A stretch of DNA of 64,000 nt from Bacilli bacterium. Its GTDB lineage: Bacteria > Bacillota_I > Bacilli_A > RF39 > UBA660. The notes under the pieces were generated by a model. It had not been told where the DNA came from, ran no database searches, and worked only from the letters and a program-made list of their open reading frames with translations. Below are positions 1-9,160 of the stretch, piece after piece (the stretch's first letter is position 1; each line of letters begins with the position of its first letter). Location: the NCBI GenBank assembly GCA_017432825.1, contig JAFRIJ010000002.1, positions 34,170 through 98,169 of the forward strand. The letters run 5' to 3'. A program made the translations under genes and the position numbers.

Positions 1-198
1 AATAACACAAGCTTCTCCTTCAAAACTAATATCTTCTATAATATTATTATTTATCTTAATATACAAATCTATATTATCAATACAAGTATTAATTCTAGTA
101 TTAGTCTTAATATAGTTATTATCATTATCATGTCTTATTCTATTAGATTTATCTTGATAATTATCTAATATTATACTTCTCTTTAAATCTTTATCCAT
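1..198 (-). CDS. sufU: SufU/IscU-type Fe-S scaffold, N-terminal part (gene runs off the left edge)
   Basis: Not in the ORF track. Minus-strand ATG at 196-198 follows an AGGTGA RBS. Translation is MDKDLKRSIILDNYQDKSNRIRHDN...IEDISFEGEACVI, matching the SufU pattern (ILDHY..P.N, FEGEGC). It follows sufS, as in Bacillus sufCDSUB. Confidence 0.7.
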   Translation of the reverse strand, partial: MDKDLKRSIILDNYQDKSNRIRHDNDNNYIKTNTRINTCIDNIDLYIKINNNIIEDISFEGEACVI

Positions 199-206
199 AT
201 CTTCAC

Positions 207-1403
207 CTATAGTATTTCTTTATATATATTATTACTATTTTTAAGTACAGTAATTAATTTATCTATTTCTTCTTTAGTATTATAAAAAGCTAAACTAATT
301 CTACAAGTATTATTAACATTAAATACATTATTTAATATCTTAGCACAATGATTACCTGCTCTTACACATATATTATATTTATCCAAATACATTGCTGTAT
401 CCTGACTAAATACATCTTTAATATTAAATGCAACAGTATTACCAATAGTATCTTTATTATAAATAATAATATTATCTAATTTACTTAACTCACTTACTAA
501 GTATTCTTTTAATTCATGCTCATACTTAATAATATTTTTAAGACCAATTTTATTTATATAATCTATAGCATTACCCATACCAATAATACCTGCAATATTC
601 TGAGTACCAGCTTCAAATCTAACAGGCACCTCTCTTAATTCTATATAACCATCTTCTAAAAACATAGCATTCATACCACCACCATATTCTAGTGGAATCA
701 TATCATTAAGTAAATCATATTTACCATATAAAAAACCAACACCAGTAGGACCATACATTTTATGAGCACTAGCACATAAAAAATCAATATCATCAACCAT
801 CATATCCATCTTTATATGACCAATACTTTGAGCCCCATCTACCAAAACTAAAATATTATTCTTATGAGCATATTCACATATATCCCTAATAGGTCTAATA
901 TCGCCAATAACATTAGTAACATACGCTAAAGAAATAACTTTAGTATTATCATTAACAACCTTAGACAAATTATCAACAGTAACTTCATAATTACTATCTA
1001 AAGGAATATACTTTACCTTTATACCTATACTTTTCTCCAATATAAACCAAGGTAAAATATTACTAGCATGCTCACTTTCTGTAATTAATACTTCATCCCC
1101 AGCTTTTAACTTATATTTAAAATAACCAAATACTACTCTATTAATACCATCAGTACAACCATTAGTAAAAACAATCTCACTAGTTTCCTTAGCATTAATA
1201 AAATTTCTTATTTTTTCTCTAACACCCTCATACATACTATCTACTTTTTGACTAATTTTATAATCTCCTCTATGAGCATTAGCACTATAATTAGAATAAT
1301 AGTCACTAATACTATCTATAACACACTTAGGTTTCAATGTAGTAGCACCATTATCAAAATAAATAATATCTTTATTTAACATAGGAAAATCTTCTCTATT
1401 CAT
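207..1403 (-). CDS. sufS: cysteine desulfurase SufS (class V aminotransferase)
   Basis: 398 aa. PLP-lysine region SAHKMYGPTGVG, active-site loop RAGNHCA, and NYSANAHRG near the N-terminus. Lies in a suf operon context. Confidence 0.95.
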   Translation of the reverse strand: MNREDFPMLNKDIIYFDNGATTLKPKCVIDSISDYYSNYSANAHRGDYKISQKVDSMYEGVREKIRNFINAKETSEIVFTNGCTDGINRVVFGYFKYKLKAGDEVLITESEHASNILPWFILEKSIGIKVKYIPLDSNYEVTVDNLSKVVNDNTKVISLAYVTNVIGDIRPIRDICEYAHKNNILVLVDGAQSIGHIKMDMMVDDIDFLCASAHKMYGPTGVGFLYGKYDLLNDMIPLEYGGGMNAMFLEDGYIELREVPVRFEAGTQNIAGIIGMGNAIDYINKIGLKNIIKYEHELKEYLVSELSKLDNIIIYNKDTIGNTVAFNIKDVFSQDTAMYLDKYNICVRAGNHCAKILNNVFNVNNTCRISLAFYNTKEEIDKLITVLKNSNNIYKEIL

Positions 1404-1413
1404 AATTCACCTC

Positions 1414-2133
1414 CTATTTATAATTATTATTAATAATATCTATTACCTCTTTTTTTCTTTCATCATCCAAATTTAAATTAGATAAAATAAATCCTCTAAT
1501 TAGTAGCATTACAGCATCTTTATAACTAATACCTCTACTCATAATATAAAAAATATCATCATCACTAAATCTACCAATAACAGATCCATGCCTAGCTTCT
1601 ACATCCTCTTCATCAATATACATATTAGGACGTATCTTAGCATTAACATCACCAAAACACATTATCTTTGTATTTTGATCCATTATACAAGAAGTATTAC
1701 CTTGCTCTAATATACTATCTATATCAAATACAACTTCCGCTTTATCATTACCAATACACCTATTAAATATATAACTACAAGTTCCATTATTATTATGTAA
1801 TATTTTCATCTTATAATTATTATTATAACTAGATATAGAAGAAAAATTATATTTAATATATGAATTAATACCATTTAAATAAATATTTTCTATAACATTA
1901 CAACAATCATTAAAAGAAAATTTATTTACATATAACTTACTATTATCATTTAAATAATAATCTATAGTACCATTATAATTACTATTAATACTATGAATAT
2001 ATATATTACCTATAACATTATCTATAACACTAACTTTTAAATTAAAATCACTAACTATCTCAATATCATAATCATCACTATTATCAACAATTATTTCACT
2101 TAACTTATCATTATCTATAATTATCTTATTCAT
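1414..2133 (-). CDS. sufD: Fe-S assembly protein SufD-like (short form, 239 aa)
   Basis: C-terminal SufB/SufD signature EARHGSVIGRFSDDDIFYIMSRGISYKDAVMLLIRGF. Located between sufC and sufS. Confidence 0.8.
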   Translation of the reverse strand: MNKIIIDNDKLSEIIVDNSDDYDIEIVSDFNLKVSVIDNVIGNIYIHSINSNYNGTIDYYLNDNSKLYVNKFSFNDCCNVIENIYLNGINSYIKYNFSSISSYNNNYKMKILHNNNGTCSYIFNRCIGNDKAEVVFDIDSILEQGNTSCIMDQNTKIMCFGDVNAKIRPNMYIDEEDVEARHGSVIGRFSDDDIFYIMSRGISYKDAVMLLIRGFILSNLNLDDERKKEVIDIINNNYK

Positions 2134-2135
2134 AA

Positions 2136-2894
2136 TTACATAACCTTGTCTATACTATTATCCGTATATTTAGAATATCCATTCTTTTCTATATCATCAA
2201 TTATATTAGCATCTGCAGTTTTAACTATTTTCTTATTATTAATAATATGAACATAATTAGGTTTTAAATAATTAAGAATCATAGGATAATGCGTAATAAT
2301 AATTAAAGAAGTTTCTTTATGAGTATTAATATAATCATTAATATTCTTACAAACAATCTTTAAACTATCAACATCAAGACCGCTATCAAGCTCATCTAAT
2401 ATTATAAGTGTTGGTTCTAATAACTTAATTTGTAAAACTTCATTTTTCTTCTTTTCTCCTCCACTAAAACCAACATTTAAACTACGATGTATTAATTCCT
2501 TATTCATAGATAAATCATTAATACCAGATTCACATTTTTTAATAAAATCATATAAACCAATTCTTTTATTATCTTTATTACTAATAGCAGTCCTCAAAAA
2601 ATCTTGATTACTTACACCATCTATTTCTAAAGGATATTGCATTGCAAGAAAAATACCCATTTTACTTCTTTCATTAACAGGTAATTTCAATATACTCTTA
2701 CCATCAAATAAAATATCTCCTCTAATAACTTTATACCTAGAATCCCCCATAATAACTCTAGACAAAGTACTTTTACCAACACCATTAGGTCCCATTATTG
2801 CATGTATTTCAGAATCCCCAATAGAAAGATTAATATTATCAAGTATTATCTTCCCATCTACTTCAACACATAAATTCTTAATTTCTAATTTCAT
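2136..2894 (-). CDS. sufC: Fe-S assembly ATPase SufC
   Basis: Walker A GPNGVGKST, signature FSGGEKKK, Walker B LIILDELDSGLD. Start moved to ATG 2892-2894 (MKLEIKNL) behind a GAGGTGA RBS. The 49 upstream codons of the tracked ORF overlap gap and look non-coding. Confidence 0.93.
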   Translation of the reverse strand: MKLEIKNLCVEVDGKIILDNINLSIGDSEIHAIMGPNGVGKSTLSRVIMGDSRYKVIRGDILFDGKSILKLPVNERSKMGIFLAMQYPLEIDGVSNQDFLRTAISNKDNKRIGLYDFIKKCESGINDLSMNKELIHRSLNVGFSGGEKKKNEVLQIKLLEPTLIILDELDSGLDVDSLKIVCKNINDYINTHKETSLIIITHYPMILNYLKPNYVHIINNKKIVKTADANIIDDIEKNGYSKYTDNSIDKVM

Positions 2895-2985
2895 AATATC
2901 ACCTCTTGGCAATAATATTATAACACTTATAACCAATAAAAGCCAATAAAAAAAGCAACTTAGTGTTAATAAGTTACTTATATAT

Positions 2986-3981
2986 TTATAATTTAGTAGC
3001 CGTCCTAACCATTTGAAAAGAATATCCCATCTCATTATCATACCATGCTACTACCTTAACTAGTTGCTTTCCATCTACTTCTAATACATCAGTTAAAGCC
3101 CCATCTACCATAGCACCACAATTTGAAGATATAATATCAGAAGATACTATTGGATCATCAGTATAATTTAAAGTTTCATTAACATTGGCTTTAAATAAAT
3201 TATTAACCTCTTCTACAGTAACATTCTTATTTAATTCTAACACCAAGTCAACTAAAGAACCATCACTAACAGGAACTCTCATAGCATTACCTTGCATTTT
3301 TCCTTCCAAAGACGGAATAACTTTCCCTATTGCAGAAGCTGCACCAGTAGAAGTAGGAACAATATTTTGAGCACATGCTCTACCTCTTCTAGAAGAAATA
3401 CCCTTTTTATGAGAAACATCTAAAGTAACCTGATCATTAGTATAAGCATGAATAGTAGTCATATATCCCTTAACAATACCATAATTATCGTTAAGTACTT
3501 TTAATACAGGTGCTAAACAATTAGTAGTACAAGATGCAGCACTAATAATTTGTTCACTACCATCTAAAATATTATCATTAACATTATATACAATAGTTTT
3601 TAAATCACCCTTAGCAGGAGCAGAAATAATAACCTTCTTAGCGCCAGCATTAATATGCGCCATAGCTTTATCTTTATCACAAAAAGCACCAGTACATTCA
3701 AAAACTATATCTATATTTAAATCTCCCCATGGAAGCTTAGCAGGATCCATTTCACTATAAACATTAACATGTCTTCCAGATACTACTATACCAGTATCAT
3801 CATAACCAATTTCATTAGTTTTATATACCCTATGATTAGTATCATACTTAAGCAAATAAGCAAGTTGCTCACTATCAGTTAAATCATTTATAGCAACAAC
3901 CTCTAAATCAGGATTATCTTCCATAATTCTAAAAACCAATCTACCAATTCTACCAAACCCATTTATAGCAATTCTTTTCAT
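2986..3981 (-). CDS. gap: glyceraldehyde-3-phosphate dehydrogenase
   Basis: 331 aa. NGFGRIGR NAD-binding motif, active site ASCTTNCLAP, C-terminal WYDNEMGYS. Confidence 0.96.
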   Translation of the reverse strand: MKRIAINGFGRIGRLVFRIMEDNPDLEVVAINDLTDSEQLAYLLKYDTNHRVYKTNEIGYDDTGIVVSGRHVNVYSEMDPAKLPWGDLNIDIVFECTGAFCDKDKAMAHINAGAKKVIISAPAKGDLKTIVYNVNDNILDGSEQIISAASCTTNCLAPVLKVLNDNYGIVKGYMTTIHAYTNDQVTLDVSHKKGISSRRGRACAQNIVPTSTGAASAIGKVIPSLEGKMQGNAMRVPVSDGSLVDLVLELNKNVTVEEVNNLFKANVNETLNYTDDPIVSSDIISSNCGAMVDGALTDVLEVDGKQLVKVVAWYDNEMGYSFQMVRTATKL

Positions 3982-4088
3982 ATTATCACTCTCCTATTAA
4001 TAATTTACCAAAAAATAAAAAAATTATCAATATTTATTTAGAACAATAAATAATAATTAGAATAAAATATTATGATTAAGGAGGTTAT

Positions 4089-4424
4089 ATGAAAAAAAAG
4101 ATAACTATATTTATTATTATATTAATAATATTATTAACTAGCTTTATATTTTATTTTGCTAAAATTAACAAAGAAAAAACTACATTAACCAAAGTTAAAG
4201 TAGCAGAAGTAGCTCACAGCATATTCTATGCACCTCAATACATTGCAGATTCCCTAGGATACTTTAAGGAAGAAGGATTAGATGTAGAAATAACCCTAAC
4301 ACCAGGAGCAGACGCTGTAATGGCATCAGTTCTATCTAATGAAGTAAACATAGGATTTTGTGGTACAGAAGCAACAATATATGTTGCTAATAAAAAAGAA
4401 AAAGAATTATTTCATAAAATATAA
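4089..4424 (+). pseudogene. N-terminal fragment of an NMT1/SsuA-like ABC substrate-binding protein, interrupted by the recombinase element
   Basis: Signal-anchor MKKKITIFIIILIILL, then VAEVAHSIFYAPQYIADSLGYFKEEGLDVEI, typical of NitT/TauT-family binding proteins. Homology stops at ...EATIYVANKKEK (about 4405). The last 6 codons and the stop come from inserted DNA. Confidence 0.8.
4388..4405. repeat. left copy of an 18-bp perfect direct repeat TAATAAAAAAGAAAAAGA (attL side)
   Basis: Identical to 6935-6952. It sits inside a 33-bp imperfect repeat (4373-4405 vs 6920-6952, 29 of 33 identical) that includes a shared ATATGT core. Confidence 0.9.
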
Positions 4425-5711
4425 AATAATTCCTGAACCAACAAGTAAAAATAAAGAAATTATAAATATAATAACAGGTAAACTAATTATACCAGAATCT
4501 TTCTTATCTATACTATTATAATTTAGTTTTCTATTAGGTTTATATACCCTAACTTTACTTTTTCCTTTAACTTTATCCATATCATGAATATCCCCAATTT
4601 GTCCAACAACAGTATTATTATATGTAGAAACAAGATTATTATCTTCATTTATTTGATATCCTCCAACACCATTTCTACCAACAAATTTACCATATTGATT
4701 ATATATTTCATTAGAATCCCCTACATAGTAAACAGGCAAATCATTATCTAAAGAACCTAATTCATTATCATCATCCCAAAAAGAAGAATCAACACCAGTA
4801 GTTACAGTATCAACCTTATATTCATCATTATGAACACTTATATTATTAGAAAAAGTTTGAGGTTTTACAACGTTAATCTTTTCTTCTTTCTTTTCTAAAA
4901 CAGTATACTTATTTTCATTAGTAAGATTATTCTTAATAATACCCAATTCATCATTTACTTTATTATCTTCTTTTCTTGCAATATCATTACTTAATCTTTC
5001 AAATTTATTTTCTTTATTACTAACATTATCTTCCATATGATTAACCTTCAAATTATTAGTAACAGCATCAGTAAGCATCTTATCTAATTCTTCTCTAGAT
5101 ATATTATATATATCTTTAGATTTAATAGGATCCTTTCTCCATTCACTTAATAATATCTTTTTCTTATCAGTAATAGAAAGAGTATCATTATCACTATAAA
5201 TCTTATCTTCATGTATAGTATACTTCTTAATTTCATCATTGTCTTCTTTAACAATCTGATTATCATTACTATTAACTGAAATATTACTTATTGCATCATC
5301 TAAATTTTGTGTAAGCTGATTATATTTTTCACTATGAGTAATTTTTCCATCTAATCTAAATTTACTAATAAATTCATTAGCAATATCTTCCTCATCCTTA
5401 CTATCAACAATAAAATTAAACTTTACCTTAGTAATATCTAAATTTAAACAATCCTTTTTATATACTTCAGTACCAAAAGCAATCATCAACTCATTAAGAT
5501 TTTCTTTATTGGTAACACCATGAAAAGACAAAAGAATTTGCTTATCATTAATATTAACTACATTATCATTATTAAAAATAACAGTAATATCCCCAAATTC
5601 ACTAGCATTCTTATTATTCCAAAACAAACATCTTTTACCATCTTCAAGTTTTATCATAAAAATATTATACTTTTGATTTTCTTGCTTTACTACATTATAT
5701 TTACTACTCAT
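4407..5711 (-). CDS. hypothetical tail-anchored protein (cargo of the recombinase element)
   Basis: 434 aa with no N-terminal signal, Asn/Lys/Asp-rich, and a single C-terminal TM (ISLPVIIFIISLFLLVGSGIILYF). The stop codon lies 1 nt from the left direct repeat. I recognise no family. Confidence 0.6.
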   Translation of the reverse strand: MSSKYNVVKQENQKYNIFMIKLEDGKRCLFWNNKNASEFGDITVIFNNDNVVNINDKQILLSFHGVTNKENLNELMIAFGTEVYKKDCLNLDITKVKFNFIVDSKDEEDIANEFISKFRLDGKITHSEKYNQLTQNLDDAISNISVNSNDNQIVKEDNDEIKKYTIHEDKIYSDNDTLSITDKKKILLSEWRKDPIKSKDIYNISREELDKMLTDAVTNNLKVNHMEDNVSNKENKFERLSNDIARKEDNKVNDELGIIKNNLTNENKYTVLEKKEEKINVVKPQTFSNNISVHNDEYKVDTVTTGVDSSFWDDDNELGSLDNDLPVYYVGDSNEIYNQYGKFVGRNGVGGYQINEDNNLVSTYNNTVVGQIGDIHDMDKVKGKSKVRVYKPNRKLNYNSIDKKDSGIISLPVIIFIISLFLLVGSGIILYFMK

Positions 5712-5788
5712 AATATCACCTACAAATAATTACAATCTATAGTATAACATTTAAAAATAAATATGTAAAACAAATTTTAACAATTATT

Positions 5789-6871
5789 TTAATTATTGAC
5801 ATTAATTATAACTTTAAAAAAACAAGAATAAGAATATATATATATTTCTTCAACATTATACCCATTGCACATAGAATCTAACAAATCCTCTTTTATACTA
5901 TTACACCCATTACAATAATAATAACTATAAATATTATTCTTATATTTTTTTACTTCATATCTATAACTCTTATTATGAATTCCACATATTACATTATATT
6001 TTCTTTTATATCTTTTTTTACTAGAAATAATATTATTAGCCATATCCCATACACCTTCATCTATAATAAAAGGAATGTTTCTATCCTTATATATAATCCA
6101 TTTACTATTATCTAAATTAATTCTCTTTCCACTTTTATAATTAATAACCCTACTCTTTCTACCACAATAATAACCTTTATATTTATAATTAGTAAGAATC
6201 CTTTTAATAGAAGAACTATTAAATCTTTTATCATATTTATTATTAATAATTAAAGATAGCTCTTTATAATTATATTTATTAGTTATAAACAAACTAAATA
6301 TATCTCTAACTATCACTGCTTCATCTAAATCAATAACTAACTTTCCCTTATCTTTTCTATATCCTAAAATATTGTTATTTCCTAAAACAACACCTCTATT
6401 AATAGACTCACTTAAACCAAACTTAACAGATTCACTTAACTTTCTAATCTCATCTTGAGCAATACTTGCCATTAAAGTTAATCTAAATTCACTATCACTA
6501 TTTAAAGTATAAATATTATCATTAATAAAATATACCCCAACTCCCTTACTCTTTAAAATATCAGTATATTTAATACTATCAATAGTATTTCTAGCGAATC
6601 TAGATACACTCTTAGTAAGAATTAAATCAAACTTATTATTAATACCATCATCTATCATTCTAAGAAAATTACTTCTATCTTTTACACTCTTACCACTAAT
6701 ACCCTCATCTATATATCCAGGAAGATATATCCAATTACTTACATTATTAATATAATTAGAGAAAAAATATTTTTGATTAACAATAGAACTATATTGACTA
6801 TCATTATCTGTACTAACTCTCGCATAATATGTAACTCTTAATTTTAAATCAAATATATTTACATTATCCAT
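5789..6871 (-). CDS. serine recombinase (short large-serine-recombinase type, 360 aa)
   Basis: Resolvase catalytic domain YYARVSTDNDSQ...LILTKSVSRFARN, recombinase-domain region (GYRKDKGKLVIDLDEAVIVRDIF) and a Cys-containing zinc-ribbon remnant (CGIH...CNGC). It ends soon after the ribbon with no long coiled-coil. Confidence 0.85.
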   Translation of the reverse strand: MDNVNIFDLKLRVTYYARVSTDNDSQYSSIVNQKYFFSNYINNVSNWIYLPGYIDEGISGKSVKDRSNFLRMIDDGINNKFDLILTKSVSRFARNTIDSIKYTDILKSKGVGVYFINDNIYTLNSDSEFRLTLMASIAQDEIRKLSESVKFGLSESINRGVVLGNNNILGYRKDKGKLVIDLDEAVIVRDIFSLFITNKYNYKELSLIINNKYDKRFNSSSIKRILTNYKYKGYYCGRKSRVINYKSGKRINLDNSKWIIYKDRNIPFIIDEGVWDMANNIISSKKRYKRKYNVICGIHNKSYRYEVKKYKNNIYSYYYCNGCNSIKEDLLDSMCNGYNVEEIYIYSYSCFFKVIINVNN

Positions 6872-6905
6872 ACTACTTATTATGAATAAAAATATTAATT
6901 ATTAC

Positions 6906-6949
6906 TTTTCTTTTTTATTAACAACATATGTATATAATAAAAAAGAAAA
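6906..6949. repeat. att-like site: 15-bp perfect inverted repeat around a 14-bp spacer
   Basis: TTTTCTTTTTTATTA (6906-6920) and its reverse complement TAATAAAAAAGAAAA (6935-6949) flank ACAACATATGTATA, which contains CATATG. The site lies 35 bp upstream of the recombinase start. Confidence 0.7.
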
Positions 6950-7637
6950 AGATTACCCAATAACATTTGCAGGACTAACTAAAAGAGATGGTTCTTTTAT
7001 TGTATCAAGGAAAAAAATAGATAACTTTACATTAAATGACTTAAAAGGAAAATATATAATTGGTGGAAGAATCGGTGGTATGCCAGAAATGACATTAGAA
7101 TGGACGTTAAAAGAAAATAATATAGACCCTAAAAAAGATTTAACTATTGACACCTCAATAGCATTTTCTGCTATGGAAGGATCATTTATAGGAGGAACAG
7201 GAGATTTCGTATCACTATTTGAACCAAATGCAACAGAAGTAGAAAAACAAAACCTAGGCTATGTAGTAGCATACTTAGGAGAATTAGGAGGAGAAGTTCC
7301 ATATACAGCATACAATGCAAGAAAAAGCTATATAAAAAACAATCCAAAAGTAATAGAATCATTCTCTAAAGCAATAAACAAAGCACTAAAATATGTAAAA
7401 GAACATAAAGCTAAAGACATCGCTAATAACATAATAGATTATTTCCCAGATACAAACATAGAAGATTTAACAAAAATAATAGATAGATACAAAAAAGGAG
7501 ATGCCTGGAAAGATAATATAAATATAAATGAAAAAGAATGGATACATATTCAAGAAATAGTGAAAGAAGCTGGAGAACTAGAATCATTTGTTCCTTACAA
7601 AAATCTAATATATACAGATTATTTTACCAATGAATAA
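6927..7637 (+). pseudogene. C-terminal fragment of the interrupted NMT1/SsuA-like ABC substrate-binding protein
   Basis: From YVYNKKEKDYPITFAGLTKRDGSFIV onward it resembles the NitT/TauT binding-protein core. The tracked ATG at 6882 lies in element DNA. It is in phase with the 4089 fragment across the repeat. Confidence 0.8.
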
Positions 7638-8373
7638 CATATTAACTATAAATAACCTATCCAAAAAATATTACACTAAGGAAAAAGAAATATTAGCAAT
7701 TGATAATATTTCTTTAAATATAGAAGAAAATTCTATAACAGCAATAGTAGGTCCTTCTGGATGTGGAAAATCTACATTACTAAATATAATAGGAAAACTA
7801 GATAAGCAAACAAAAGGAACTATAAAATATAATAAAGATAAAATTGGCTATATGTTTCAAACAGATTGTCTATTTCCCTATTTAACAATACTAGATAATT
7901 GTTTAATAGGATTAAAAATACAACATAAACTTACAAAAGAAAACATAGATTACGTAAAAAAATTACTATCCGATTACGGTTTAAAAGATTTTATAAATAG
8001 TTATCCAAAAAACTTATCTGGAGGTATGAAACAAAGAGTTGCTCTAATAAGAACCTTAGCAACAAAACCAGATATATTATTATTAGATGAACCCTTCTCT
8101 GCCCTAGACTATCAAACAAGATTATCTGTATCAGATGATGTATATAAAATAATAAAGAAAGAAAATAAAACTACTATTATTATTACCCATGACATAGCAG
8201 AAGCTATATCTATGGCAGAAAAAGTAATAATATTAACTAAAAGACCATCTAAAATAAAGAAAATATATAAAATAGAATTAACAAACGCTACTAGCCCAAT
8301 AAATAATAGAACATGTAAAGAATTTAACGACTACTATAAAACTATCTGGCAAAGTATTGATCATAATGTCTAA
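7630..8373 (+). CDS. ABC transporter ATP-binding protein (NitT/TauT family)
   Basis: Walker A GPSGCGKST, signature LSGGMKQRV, Walker B ILLLDEPFSALD. Overlaps the binding-protein stop. Confidence 0.92.
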   Translation: MNNILTINNLSKKYYTKEKEILAIDNISLNIEENSITAIVGPSGCGKSTLLNIIGKLDKQTKGTIKYNKDKIGYMFQTDCLFPYLTILDNCLIGLKIQHKLTKENIDYVKKLLSDYGLKDFINSYPKNLSGGMKQRVALIRTLATKPDILLLDEPFSALDYQTRLSVSDDVYKIIKKENKTTIIITHDIAEAISMAEKVIILTKRPSKIKKIYKIELTNATSPINNRTCKEFNDYYKTIWQSIDHNV

Positions 8374-9154
8374 AGAATATATTGATTATTTAAAAAGAGA
8401 AAAAATTAACAAATTATTAGTTCTATTATTTCAAATATTATTAATAACATCATTATTAATAATATGGCAATATCTAGCAGATAAAAAATTAATTAATACC
8501 TTTATAACATCATCACCAAAGAAAGTTATAAATACTATTATAAAATTATATAAAACAAATAATTTATTTAATCACATATGGATTACTACATATGAAACAT
8601 TAATAAGTTTCTCACTAGGAACAATAATAGGATTATTAATTGCTATAATACTTTGGTATAACAAATTCATAGCAAAAGTAATTGATCCATATTTAACAGT
8701 ATTAAACTCATTACCTAAAGTATCCTTAGGACCAATATTAATTATTTGGATAGGCCCCAATATTAAATCAATAATAACTATGTCTATATTAGTATCCGTA
8801 ATAATAACCATTATAAATATTTATAATGGCTTTAATAATACAGATAAAAACAAAATAAACTTACTTAAATCATTTAACGCTACAAAATACCAAATACTAA
8901 CAAACCTAATAATACCATCTAATTATAAAATAATAGTAAATAGTCTAAAAATAAATATAAGTATGTCTTTAATAGGAGTAATAATGGGAGAATTACTAGT
9001 ATCAAAAAAAGGTATAGGTTATTTAATAATGTACGGTTCTCAAGTATTTAACTTAGATTTAGTTATATCTGGAATAATAATACTAATGTTAGTATCTTAT
9101 ATTATGTATATAATAATAAACTATATAGAAAAAATACTAATCAAATCTGATTAG
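8366..9154 (+). CDS. ABC transporter permease (NitT/TauT family)
   Basis: Multi-span hydrophobic protein directly after the ATPase. ATG at 8366 overlaps the ATPase stop by 8 nt. The tracked start at 8357 is TTG. Confidence 0.85.
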   Translation: MSKEYIDYLKREKINKLLVLLFQILLITSLLIIWQYLADKKLINTFITSSPKKVINTIIKLYKTNNLFNHIWITTYETLISFSLGTIIGLLIAIILWYNKFIAKVIDPYLTVLNSLPKVSLGPILIIWIGPNIKSIITMSILVSVIITIINIYNGFNNTDKNKINLLKSFNATKYQILTNLIIPSNYKIIVNSLKINISMSLIGVIMGELLVSKKGIGYLIMYGSQVFNLDLVISGIIILMLVSYIMYIIINYIEKILIKSD

Positions 9155-9160
9155 TATTTT

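Larger units (their letters stand above)
4388..6934. mobile_element. 2,547-bp serine-recombinase intervening element inserted in frame in the ABC binding-protein gene
   Basis: Flanked by the direct repeats above. Carries only a serine recombinase gene next to the right junction and one cargo ORF. The host gene halves are co-linear and in phase across the repeat. Confidence 0.75.

Noticed and set aside
2895-3041. N-terminal 49-codon extension of the sufC ORF, overlapping the gap 3' end.
   Set aside because: The extension is hydrophobic nonsense with no SufC homology. A strong RBS precedes the internal ATG at 2894, which gives the canonical MKLEIKNL start.
3185-3370. Short ORFs antisense to well-supported genes. 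Tracked examples: 3185-3370, 5520-5729, 6953-7153, 8572-8811, 11108-11326, 12178-12414, 16139-16336, 22240-22422, 23095-23373, 24322-24555, 24841-25092, 25414-25605, 25481-25873, 30911-31129, 35785-36009, 41912-42130, 46011-46322, 52950-53258, 55261-55536, 57672-57869, 60173-60475 and 60896-61084.
   Set aside because: Each lies entirely inside, or largely overlaps, a longer ORF on the other strand that has clear family motifs. Their translations are low-complexity I/F/L/N/S strings, as expected from the reverse strand of AT-rich coding DNA. None has a convincing RBS.
3982-4088. Possible TPP (THI-box) or other riboswitch upstream of the NMT1/THI5-like binding-protein operon.
   Set aside because: The 107-bp leader is almost pure A/T. 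It lacks the conserved CTGAGA and GGGGTGC-type elements and has no stable stems.
6882-6926. ATG at 6882 as a genuine start of a separate 251-aa binding protein.
   Set aside because: Codons 1-15 lie in element DNA and include the att inverted repeat. They provide no signal peptide. Similarity to binding proteins begins only at the repeat, so this is the C-terminal half of a split gene.
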